A stretch of 42,795 bases of DNA, from the NCBI GenBank assembly GCA_964459675.1, contig CAYWNP010000004.1:1-42795 (forward strand), in the 5' to 3' direction. The position numbers were made by a program, and so were the translations under genes. The notes beneath the pieces are model-generated. The model made no database searches. It had not been told where the DNA came from and saw only the letters and a list, made by a program, of their open reading frames with translations. How positions within the stretch are numbered: the stretch's first letter is position 1; the number at the start of each line of letters is the position of its first letter. This document shows, one piece after another, positions 8,441 through 16,077 of this stretch. The stretch is from an uncultured Akkermansia sp. GTDB taxonomy: Bacteria; Verrucomicrobiota; Kiritimatiellia; RFP12; UBA1067.

Positions 8441-9727
8441 TCAAGCGACACTGCCCACAAGCACACCCTTGTCAATCGCACGCACGGTAAAGGTCTGCAA
8501 GGTCTTGCGAGCGTTCGCAGTGAGCCCCTGAACAATACACGGTAGGTATTCCGCACTCCAGCCATAGGCTAGGCCTGTGCGGTCGATACGTTCAACAAGG
8601 AAGGTGACCTCTCGGCACAGGAAGCGATTCAGATAGACGACACGTTGCTGTTCAGCGATCTCACCCAGTATTCTGGCGCGCCGCTTGCGCTCCGCGACTG
8701 GAACCTGTTGTTCCATCTCTGTAGCAGGCGTCCCCGGACGTTCGCTGTAGGGAAAGACATGGACATTGGCAAAGGGAAAGTCTCGCAAGAACTGGCATGT
8801 TTGCTCAAAATCTTCTAGGGTCTCGCCGGGGAATCCTGCAATCAGATCCGTGCCAACAGCAAGGCCGGGTATGGCTTCAAAGGCTTTATTGAGGCTTTGA
8901 CGGATCGCTGAAATCGTGTATCTACGCCTCATATTCTTCAGTGTCGTGTCAGAACCGCTTTGAATCGGGAGATGGAGAAAACGGCACATGCGTGCCTCTG
9001 CAACCATCAGTGCAACCAAGGATTCTTCGATGTTACCAGGTTCGATCGAGCCAAGGCGAAGACGCCCCAGCCCCGGCACGCTCAGCACTGCCTGCAACAG
9101 ATCAACGAGATTACGCCCTTCATCCGCATAGCAGGCCGTATTACAGCCTGTGATCACCAGTTCCTGAAAACCTGCCTCACAATAAGCTCGTGCCTCTGCA
9201 AGACATTCCGACAGAGGCCGACTACGGGGTTCCCCCCTCGCATGAGGAACAATACAATACGCACACCGAAAATTGCAACCATCTTGTACTTTCAGTGTCG
9301 CCCGCTGCGTCGAAAGCCGAGGTGCCCGTTTAGGGGCTGCCTCGCCCTGGCGAGGGGCTCCCCCATTCGCGCATTCGCGCATTCCCGCATTCGCGCATTT
9401 CTCCCCCACCAGCCGTACCATCTCCTCTTTCTGGTCACGACTGATAAAGAGGTCCACGACATCCGCCAAGGCAGGGCGATCACACGTCTCCACAGCGCAA
9501 CCCGCCAGCACGATGAACGCCTTCGGCTGCGTCACGCGCAGATGACGGAGTGTTTTCAGGCATTCATTCTCTGCCTTCTGCGTCACTGTGCAGGAGTAGA
9601 GAAGCATGACATCCGCTTCACTGCCAAAGGGAACACGTTCAAAACCAGCGTCCTCAAACTGACTGATCCAATTCGCCCCCTCGGCTTGATTGAGACGGCA
9701 ACCAAATATTTTAAATGCAAATGTCAT
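8441..9727 (-). CDS. mtaB: tRNA (t6A37) methylthiotransferase MtaB (radical SAM MTTase)
   Basis: UPF0004 N-domain (FKIFGCRLNQAE...LYSCTVT), radical-SAM CNFRCAYC cluster, C-terminal TRAM-like region. Confidence 0.85.
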   Translation of the reverse strand: MTFAFKIFGCRLNQAEGANWISQFEDAGFERVPFGSEADVMLLYSCTVTQKAENECLKTLRHLRVTQPKAFIVLAGCAVETCDRPALADVVDLFISRDQKEEMVRLVGEKCANAGMRECANGGAPRQGEAAPKRAPRLSTQRATLKVQDGCNFRCAYCIVPHARGEPRSRPLSECLAEARAYCEAGFQELVITGCNTACYADEGRNLVDLLQAVLSVPGLGRLRLGSIEPGNIEESLVALMVAEARMCRFLHLPIQSGSDTTLKNMRRRYTISAIRQSLNKAFEAIPGLAVGTDLIAGFPGETLEDFEQTCQFLRDFPFANVHVFPYSERPGTPATEMEQQVPVAERKRRARILGEIAEQQRVVYLNRFLCREVTFLVERIDRTGLAYGWSAEYLPCIVQGLTANARKTLQTFTVRAIDKGVLVGSVA

Positions 9728-9813
9728 TAAAAATGTCCACCTGTTTGTGCTGCAGAAATACTTTTTCGCGAAGATCGCTCATGTAGTATTCCGCAAACAG
9801 CACTACACGACTT

Positions 9814-9911
9814 AGCGTTTGGAGTCCCGCCTTTAGGCGGAAGCAAATATGTACGGCCTTTAAAATTCCGCCTAAAGGCGGTACTCCAAACAACTTCACC
9901 CAGCATCTCTT
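9814..9911 (+). repeat. Family-C REPIN-like hairpin element, copy 2
   Basis: Direct-orientation copy of 8335-8432. Its 22-bp stem has a single mismatch. Confidence 0.8.
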
Positions 9912-9922
9912 GAGCCAGCTCA

Positions 9923-9994
9923 GGGGCTTGCACGAGATAAGCCCCGGCTGTATCCAGCCGCTTGCGGGGTCCGGCAGCTGCCGGACGTGCAAGC
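9923..9994. repeat. GC-rich nest of palindromes
   Basis: Pairings seen: ggggctt/aagcccc (9923-9945), cggctg/cagccg, the 16-nt palindrome tccggcagctgccgga (9970-9985), and an outer pair gcttgcacg/cgtgcaagc (9926-9934 with 9986-9994). Confidence 0.45.
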
Positions 9995-10025
9995 ACCTAA
10001 TAGCGTTCTTAGCGAAAAGCATTCT

Positions 10026-10065
10026 CAAAAAAAAGGGACTACAGTACCGAAGTTCCGTAGTCCCC
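10026..10065 (-). terminator. Rho-independent terminator after the carboxyltransferase gene
   Basis: Minus strand has the stem GGGACUAC...GUAGUCCC (8 bp, 14-nt loop) followed by U8. Confidence 0.6.
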
Positions 10066-10088
10066 TTTTGATTCGCGAAGATGGATCC

Positions 10089-11972
10089 TTAGTACTGAAC
10101 AACCGCCATCGGCTGTCCCTTGGCCACATGGCTTCCATGCGCGACCAGGAACTTGACGACCTTCAGCGGCTTGTCTGCCTTGATCTGGTTGAAGAGCTTC
10201 ATCGCTTCAACGATGCAAAGCGGTTCGCCAGCTTTCAAGGAGGCGCCTTCTTCTGCAAGGTTCGGCTTGCCAGGTCCAGCGGTACGGAAGAACGTGCCAT
10301 TGAGTGGCGCATTGATCGTGGGGCCGGCAACAACCTCATCCTTCTTCTCTTGAGCGGGAGCTGCGGCAGGAGCCGAAGCAGCGGCCACAGGAGCGGCGGT
10401 CATAGCAGGAATGTCCATCGGCATGCTGCCGGCAGCAAAGCCCAGACGGCTTGCGAGACCCGCGACCAACTTTCCAATCTCAGCAAACTTGAGGGTATCG
10501 TCTTCAACCTTCACTGCTGCAGGAGCGGGGGCTGGAGCAGGCGCTGCGGCCTTCTTGTTTTCCAGATCAGCGGGAATCGCATCGCGCTGATCAGCAGGCT
10601 GTGCACGCCACTTGAAGTAGCCGAGGGCAACTTCTGGGAACATGCAATAGGAGATGATGTCCTCTTCCTTCTGAATCAGTTTGGGGTCCAATTCCTTGGC
10701 TGCAGAAGCAAGGCCAGGCTTGAGCAGATCCGCTGGACGGCAGGTGATCGGCTTTTCGCCATTCAAAATCTTCTTGGCAATCTTCTGATCCAGAGGTGCG
10801 GGCGAACGGCCATAGAGACCCTTCACATAATCACGCGTCTCTTGGGTCACCATCTCATAGCGCTTACCGGCCAGAACGTTGAGCACAGCCTGAACACCAA
10901 CAATCTGGCTGGTCGGGGTCACAAGAGGAGGATAACCCATATCCGCGCGGGTCTTCGGCAACTCTTCCAAGACTTCCGGCAGACGGTCTAGAGCGCCCTG
11001 CTGCTGGAGCTGGGAACGCAGGTTCGAGATCATGCCACCCGGAATATGATGTTCGAGCACATCTGCATCCACAAGCTCGCCCAAGCCTGTCGCGGGTTCG
11101 CGATGCTTCTTGAGCGCCCTGAAATGAGCATTCGACTTCGAGACGTTCTTGTGATCAATGTTCGTGTCATACCCTTCGGCTTCCAACATGGCGACCAAGG
11201 TTTCGGTCGGAGGCTGCGAGGAGAAACCTGACATCGTCGAGACGCAGGTATCAATCGCACCTGCGCCCGCCTTGACAGCCGACATATACATTGCAACCGC
11301 CATGCCACTGGTCATGTGAGAATGAACTTGGATCGGAACCTTCACGTTCTTCGTCAAGGCGGAGATCAGTTCCGTTGCCGCTGCCGGTGTCAGGATGCCT
11401 GCCATGTCCTTAATACAAATGGTGTCAACGCCCATGGAGACCTGCTCCTTGGCCAGCTCAACAAACTTCTGGACCGTATGAACAGGGCTGTAGGTGTAGC
11501 TGATCGTTCCCTGTGCATGTCCACCATACTTTTTCACGGACCTCGTCGCCTTCTCAAGGTTACGACTGTCATTCAGGGCATCAAAGATACGGAAGATATC
11601 CATCCCGTTTTCACAGGCGAGTGCAATCAAGCGCTCCAAAATGTCATCGGGATAGTGCTTATAGCCTAACCCGTTCTGTCCACGCAGCAACATCTGAAGG
11701 GGCGTCTTCTTGGCAACCGATTTAATCTGACGCAGACGTTCCCATGGGTTTTCACGCAAAAAGCGAAGACAGACGTCAAAGGTGGCCCCGCCCCAGCACT
11801 CGAGCGAATAATAGCCGACATTATCAACTTCCTCAGCAATCGCGAGGATGTCATCCGTACGCATACGCGTCGCCCAGAGCGACTGATGTGCATCACGCAA
11901 CGTGGTGTCTGTTATCCTTATCTTTGGTTTCGCCTTAGAAACCGCCTTCTTTTCGTCCATTTTCTTTACCAT
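10089..11972 (-). CDS. Biotin-dependent carboxyltransferase with C-terminal biotinyl domain (oxaloacetate decarboxylase alpha / pyruvate carboxylase subunit B type)
   Basis: HMGL-like/5S domain (ITDTTLRDAHQSLWATRMRT), Ala/Pro-rich linkers, and the biotin attachment motif EAMKLFN. Confidence 0.85.
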   Translation of the reverse strand: MVKKMDEKKAVSKAKPKIRITDTTLRDAHQSLWATRMRTDDILAIAEEVDNVGYYSLECWGGATFDVCLRFLRENPWERLRQIKSVAKKTPLQMLLRGQNGLGYKHYPDDILERLIALACENGMDIFRIFDALNDSRNLEKATRSVKKYGGHAQGTISYTYSPVHTVQKFVELAKEQVSMGVDTICIKDMAGILTPAAATELISALTKNVKVPIQVHSHMTSGMAVAMYMSAVKAGAGAIDTCVSTMSGFSSQPPTETLVAMLEAEGYDTNIDHKNVSKSNAHFRALKKHREPATGLGELVDADVLEHHIPGGMISNLRSQLQQQGALDRLPEVLEELPKTRADMGYPPLVTPTSQIVGVQAVLNVLAGKRYEMVTQETRDYVKGLYGRSPAPLDQKIAKKILNGEKPITCRPADLLKPGLASAAKELDPKLIQKEEDIISYCMFPEVALGYFKWRAQPADQRDAIPADLENKKAAAPAPAPAPAAVKVEDDTLKFAEIGKLVAGLASRLGFAAGSMPMDIPAMTAAPVAAASAPAAAPAQEKKDEVVAGPTINAPLNGTFFRTAGPGKPNLAEEGASLKAGEPLCIVEAMKLFNQIKADKPLKVVKFLVAHGSHVAKGQPMAVVQY

Positions 11973-12096
11973 AGATAGTTCTCTCCTTTAAGAGGCCGTT
12001 AAGTATGCCATTTTTTACGCTCTTTTTCAACCCCGTTTCATATATTTTCACGTTTTTTTAGCGTTGTTTGATTGTCTACAAAAAGACTGATTTATC

Positions 12097-12210
12097 TCGC
12101 ACAAAGCCACGAAGCCACAAAGGAATTCAAGAAACTAAGAGTATTTGTCTTCTTTGTACCCTCTCTGCCTGTCCGCCGTAGCCTTGGCGTAGGCGGATGC
12201 CTTTGTGCGA
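12097..12210. repeat. Family-B element, copy 2, bounded by 12-bp imperfect inverted repeats
   Basis: tcgcacaaagcc (12097-12108) pairs with gcctttgtgcga (12199-12210), 11/12 complementary. The unit contains cacgaagccacaaagg and the core ctgcctgtccgccgtagccttggcgtaggcgga (12165-12197). Confidence 0.6.
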
Positions 12211-12405
12211 TACAGTTACACCGTCGTTTGCTTGTGACGTGGTCTCGCCATAGGGGTTACCCAAAAACAGACTAAAATTAACTTTTTTTCAGCTCGACTG
12301 TCTTTCAGAAAAATGGCATCCTATCGTCCCGACTGTCAGTATTGTTTACTCTAACAGCTTGATTATGCCAAAAATGGTTATTCACAAACGAAAGGTTTGA
12401 AAAAT

Positions 12406-15400
12406 ATGCAACGCACGGATATCAAAAAGGTACTCATCATTGGTTCAGGGCCTATTGTTATTGGGCAAGCCTGCGAATTTGACTACTCAGGAACACAAGC
12501 CTGTAAAGCGTTGCGAAAACTTGGATACAAAATTGTATTGGTCAATTCAAACCCAGCCACCATCATGACAGATCCCGTCATGGCAGATGCGACCTACATT
12601 GAACCGCTCAACATCGAGCGTCTTGAACAAATCATTGCTGCCGAGCGTCCAGATGCCCTACTCCCGAACCTCGGAGGCCAAACAGGGCTCAACATGGCCT
12701 TCGCTCTGAATAGAGCAGGAATCTTAGAAAAGTATGGCGTACAGGTCATCGGCGTGAACCTCGGAGCCATCGAGCGTGGTGAAGACCGCCAAATCTTTAA
12801 GCAGATGATGCAGGATATCGGGATCGACACCCCCAAGTCCGGGATTGCCAATACCTTGGATCAAGCTGAGGCCATTGCCACTGAGATCGGCTTCCCGCTG
12901 GTCATCCGTCCCGCCTACACCATGGGCGGTGCCGGTGGCGGCTTCGCGTACAACATGGAAGAACTGCGTTCGATCGCCGCAGGCGGCCTTGAACTCTCCC
13001 TCACCCATCAGATTTTGGTGGAAGAGTCTATTTTAGGCTGGGAGGAGCTGGAATATGAAGTGGTCCGCGACAGCAAGAACCAGCTCATCTGCGTCTGCAC
13101 CATTGAAAACATTGACCCCGTGGGCGTCCACACCGGCGACTCCTTCTGTTCCGCCCCCATGCTGACCATTGACAAAGAGCTCATGAAGCGTATGGAGAAG
13201 ATGGCCTTCAAGATCATCGAAACCATCGGCGTCATTGGTGGCACCAATGTTCAGTTCGCGCACAACCCCGAAACAGGTCGTGTGGTCATCATCGAGATCA
13301 ACCCACGTACCTCTCGCTCCTCGGCGTTGGCCTCCAAGGCGACGGGCTTCCCGATCGCCCTGGTCTCCGCTCAGCTCGCGAGCGGTATCACCATGGATGA
13401 GATCCCCTACTGGCGTGACGGGACACTTGAAAAGTACACCCCCTCCGGCGACTATGTAGTACTGAAATTCGCCCGCTGGGCCTTTGAGAAATTCCGTGGC
13501 GTCGAAGACCGTATCGGCACGCAGATGAAGGCCGTCGGTGAGGTCATGTCCATTGGCAAGAACTACAAGGAGACCTTCCAGAAGGCGATTCGCGGACTCG
13601 AGTGTGGCCGTCACGGACTCGGTTTTGCGAAAGATTTTAATAGCAAGAGCCTTTCCGACCTCCTCGAAATGCTCCGCACGCCCTGTAGCGAGACCCACTT
13701 TATCATGTACGAGGCACTCCGTAAGGGGGCAACGGATAAGCAGATCTTTGATGCCTGCTTTATCAAGGCCTACTTTGTACAGCAGATGCGCGAACTCGTC
13801 CAGCTCGAAGAGAAACTCCTCACGTTCAAGGGCAAGCTCCCTACCGATGACCTGCTGATCCAGGCCAAGAAGGATGGCTTCTCCGACAAGTATCTCGCCA
13901 AACTCCTCGCCATTAAGGAGAAGACCATCCGCGAACAGCGCGAGAAGCTCGGTGTCATTGAAGGGTGGCATGCCGTGCCCGTCAGCGGTGTTGAAAACAA
14001 GGAGTACTACTACTCTTCTTACAATGCGCCCGATTCCCTCACCATCAAGCCCAACCCCAAGAAGGTCCTGATCCTCGGGGGCGGACCCAACCGCATCGGC
14101 CAAGGCATTGAATTCGACTACTGCTGCGTTCATGCGACCTTCGCCTTGCGTGAGATGGGTTATGAAACTGTCATGATCAACTGCAACCCCGAGACCGTCT
14201 CGACCGACTATGACACCTCCGACCGGCTCTATTTTGAACCCCTCACGGTAGAGGATGTCCTCCAGATCTATCGTAAGGAAAAGCCCATGGGCGTGATTGT
14301 CCAATTTGGCGGACAGACCCCGCTCAACATTGCACGCGAACTCGCTGAAGCAGGCGTCAACATCCTCGGCACCCCGATTGACTCGATTGACATTGCCGAA
14401 GACCGCGACCTCTTCCGCCACATGATGGAGCGCCTCAATATCCCGATGCCGGAGTCCGGCATGGCCACGACCATTGAGCAGGCCATCGAGATTGCAGGCC
14501 GCATTAAATACCCCTTGATGATCCGCCCCTCCTTCGTCCTCGGTGGACGCGGCATGGAGGTCATCTATGACGAAAAGCAACTTCGCGAGTATGTCGCTCG
14601 GGCCGTAGGCGTCACACCTGACCGTCCCCTACTCCTCGACCGGTTCCTTCGCGATGCCCTCGAATGCGAAGCGGATGCGATCTCAGACGGCAAGGATGTC
14701 TTCATTCCCGCAGTCATGGAGCACATCGAGCTCGCAGGTGTCCACTCCGGCGACTCCGCATGCGTCCTGCCTCCTGTGAATATCTCCAAGGAGCACCTGG
14801 CGACGATTCAGGAGTACACCCAGAAGATCGCCAAGGAACTCAAGGTCTGCGGCCTGATGAACATGCAGTATGCAATTGAGGATGGTAAAGTCTACGTACT
14901 CGAAGCCAATCCGCGTGCCTCGCGTACGGTGCCGCTCGTCTCCAAGGTCTGCGCGATCTCCATGGCCAATGCGGCGACGCGCCTCATGATGGGCCAGCAG
15001 ATGAGCGACTGCAAACTCGTCCACAAGAAGATCCCTTACTACGGAGCCAAAGAGGCAGTCTTCCCCTTCGACAAGTTCCCGAACGTGGATCCGGTCCTCG
15101 GGCCCGAGATGCGTTCCACGGGCGAAGTGCTCGGCATGGGCAAGAGTTTCGGCACCGCCTTCTACAAATCGCAAGAGGCAGCCAACGCCAAACTCCCCTG
15201 CGAAGGCGCTGTACTGGTCAGCCTCTCGGACAAACCCTCGCAAGCGGCATCAACCTGCAAAGAGTTCGCTGACCTCGGATTCAAGCTCTATGCCACACGC
15301 GGAACAGCGGACTACCTCAGCAAGCACGGTGTCATCGTTGAGGTTGTCGGAAAGATTGGCGAAGCCCGTCCAAACGTCCTCGACATGATCGTGAACAAGC

Positions 15401-15606
15401 AAGTGCAACTGGTGATTAATACACCCAGTGCACGCCGCGACGCGATCAAGGACGATGCCTCCATCCGCAAGGCAGCGCTCAAATACAAGATCCCCTACAT
15501 GACGACCCTGGCGGCGGCCCACGCCTCCGCACTCGGGATCGCCGCCGCCCGCAAGGACGCCGGCGCCGTCAAATCCATACAGGCCTATCATGCGGAACTC
15601 AAGTAG
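12406..15606 (+). CDS. carB: Carbamoyl-phosphate synthase large subunit
   Basis: Full-length CarB with two ATP-grasp halves and an MGS-like C-terminal domain. I prefer ATG 12406 (MQRTDIKKVLIIGSGPIVIGQA, RBS AAAGG 11 nt upstream) over the listed TTG at 12397. Confidence 0.95.
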   Translation: MQRTDIKKVLIIGSGPIVIGQACEFDYSGTQACKALRKLGYKIVLVNSNPATIMTDPVMADATYIEPLNIERLEQIIAAERPDALLPNLGGQTGLNMAFALNRAGILEKYGVQVIGVNLGAIERGEDRQIFKQMMQDIGIDTPKSGIANTLDQAEAIATEIGFPLVIRPAYTMGGAGGGFAYNMEELRSIAAGGLELSLTHQILVEESILGWEELEYEVVRDSKNQLICVCTIENIDPVGVHTGDSFCSAPMLTIDKELMKRMEKMAFKIIETIGVIGGTNVQFAHNPETGRVVIIEINPRTSRSSALASKATGFPIALVSAQLASGITMDEIPYWRDGTLEKYTPSGDYVVLKFARWAFEKFRGVEDRIGTQMKAVGEVMSIGKNYKETFQKAIRGLECGRHGLGFAKDFNSKSLSDLLEMLRTPCSETHFIMYEALRKGATDKQIFDACFIKAYFVQQMRELVQLEEKLLTFKGKLPTDDLLIQAKKDGFSDKYLAKLLAIKEKTIREQREKLGVIEGWHAVPVSGVENKEYYYSSYNAPDSLTIKPNPKKVLILGGGPNRIGQGIEFDYCCVHATFALREMGYETVMINCNPETVSTDYDTSDRLYFEPLTVEDVLQIYRKEKPMGVIVQFGGQTPLNIARELAEAGVNILGTPIDSIDIAEDRDLFRHMMERLNIPMPESGMATTIEQAIEIAGRIKYPLMIRPSFVLGGRGMEVIYDEKQLREYVARAVGVTPDRPLLLDRFLRDALECEADAISDGKDVFIPAVMEHIELAGVHSGDSACVLPPVNISKEHLATIQEYTQKIAKELKVCGLMNMQYAIEDGKVYVLEANPRASRTVPLVSKVCAISMANAATRLMMGQQMSDCKLVHKKIPYYGAKEAVFPFDKFPNVDPVLGPEMRSTGEVLGMGKSFGTAFYKSQEAANAKLPCEGAVLVSLSDKPSQAASTCKEFADLGFKLYATRGTADYLSKHGVIVEVVGKIGEARPNVLDMIVNKQVQLVINTPSARRDAIKDDASIRKAALKYKIPYMTTLAAAHASALGIAAARKDAGAVKSIQAYHAELK

Positions 15607-15621
15607 CAACATGGCAAAAAA

Positions 15622-15651
15622 ATGACAAGCACGGATATCCGTGCTTGTCAT
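15622..15651. terminator. Perfect 13-bp palindromic hairpin after carB; orientation ambiguous
   Basis: atgacaagcacgg-atat-ccgtgcttgtcat. An A7 run precedes it, which would be a U7 tail for minus-strand transcripts. Only a weak T-tract follows on the plus strand. Confidence 0.4.
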
Positions 15652-15673
15652 CTCACCGTCTCTTTGCTAATTT
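15645..15673 (+). promoter_or_regulatory. Putative tRNA-Thr promoter, TTGTCA-17 nt-TAATTT
   Basis: Hexamers at 15645-15650 and 15668-15673. The tRNA begins 16 nt downstream of the -10. Confidence 0.3.
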
Positions 15674-15688
15674 AACGCAACCTTTTTG

Positions 15689-15764
15689 GCCAGCTTAGCT
15701 CAGTTGGTAGAGCACTTGATTTGTAATCATGAGGTCATCGGTTCGAACCCGATAGCTGGCTCCA
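15689..15764 (+). tRNA. tRNA-Thr (anticodon UGU), CCA encoded
   Basis: Hand-folded cloverleaf. Acceptor GCCAGCT/AGCTGGC. D arm GCTC-AGTTGGTA-GAGC. Anticodon stem CTTGA/TCATG with one U-U mismatch, loop TTTGTAA. T arm ATCGG-TTCGAAC-CCGAT. Discriminator T followed by CCA. Confidence 0.9.
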
Positions 15765-15780
15765 GTCGAATACGCACAAA

Positions 15781-15813
15781 AACTCCTGCTTTACAGGGGT
15801 TTTTTGCTTTTTT
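15781..15813 (+). terminator. Rho-independent terminator after tRNA-Thr (looks bidirectional)
   Basis: AACTCCTG-CTTTA-CAGGGGTT followed by TTTTTGCTTTTTT. An A-run upstream gives a U-tail on the other strand. Confidence 0.6.
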
Positions 15814-15919
15814 AAGGTCTCTTGCGCTAGATCACGCTTTTTCTCTAAAAACCTTGATTTGATCTCTTTTGAGGGCTTTTTTGTCACCAATTTGTCAACA
15901 ATCTGTCAACAGCGCCTTC

Positions 15920-16069
15920 GGCCACGACAGAGCGTGGCCCTCCAAAAGTAGCACTGTCACACTGGAGGGACGCGCTCTGTCGCGTCCGCTCACACGTTTT
16001 GTCCACGACGGAGCGTGGCCCTCCAAAAGTAGCACTGTCACACTGGAGGGACGCGCTCTGTCGCGTCCG
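15920..16069 (+). repeat. Two tandem 81-bp-period family-A REP units downstream of the RAYT gene
   Basis: Units at 15920-15988 and 16001-16069 differ at 2 of 69 positions. Each contains the hairpins GGCCACG-ACAGAG-CGTGGCC and GGACGCG-CTCTGT-CGCGTCC, linked by CTCC...GGAG. Confidence 0.85.
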
Positions 16070-16077
16070 CGCACTAA

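Noticed and set aside
8960-9730. 256-aa ORF antisense to mtaB
   Set aside because: It is a shadow ORF, whereas mtaB on the other strand has clear radical-SAM motifs.
10380-10570. Repetitive Ala/Pro-rich DNA inside the carboxyltransferase gene
   Set aside because: It encodes the flexible AP-rich linkers typical of biotin/lipoyl carrier domains and is not a mobile or regulatory repeat.
9987-10991. 334-aa ORF antisense to the carboxyltransferase gene
   Set aside because: It is a shadow ORF opposite a strongly supported gene. Its 5' end starts in repeat or terminator sequence.
13033-14580. 515-aa ORF antisense to carB
   Set aside because: It lies entirely inside the well-supported carB frame and its composition is low-complexity (rich in G/D/L/V/A/E/H), typical of a shadow frame in a GC-biased gene. 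I recognise no motif.
15920-16069. Possible CRISPR array (regularly spaced repeats with hairpins)
   Set aside because: Only two units occur per side and the so-called spacers are 12 nt and related to each other. The units are 69 nt long, there are no cas genes, and an adjacent RAYT explains them as REPs.
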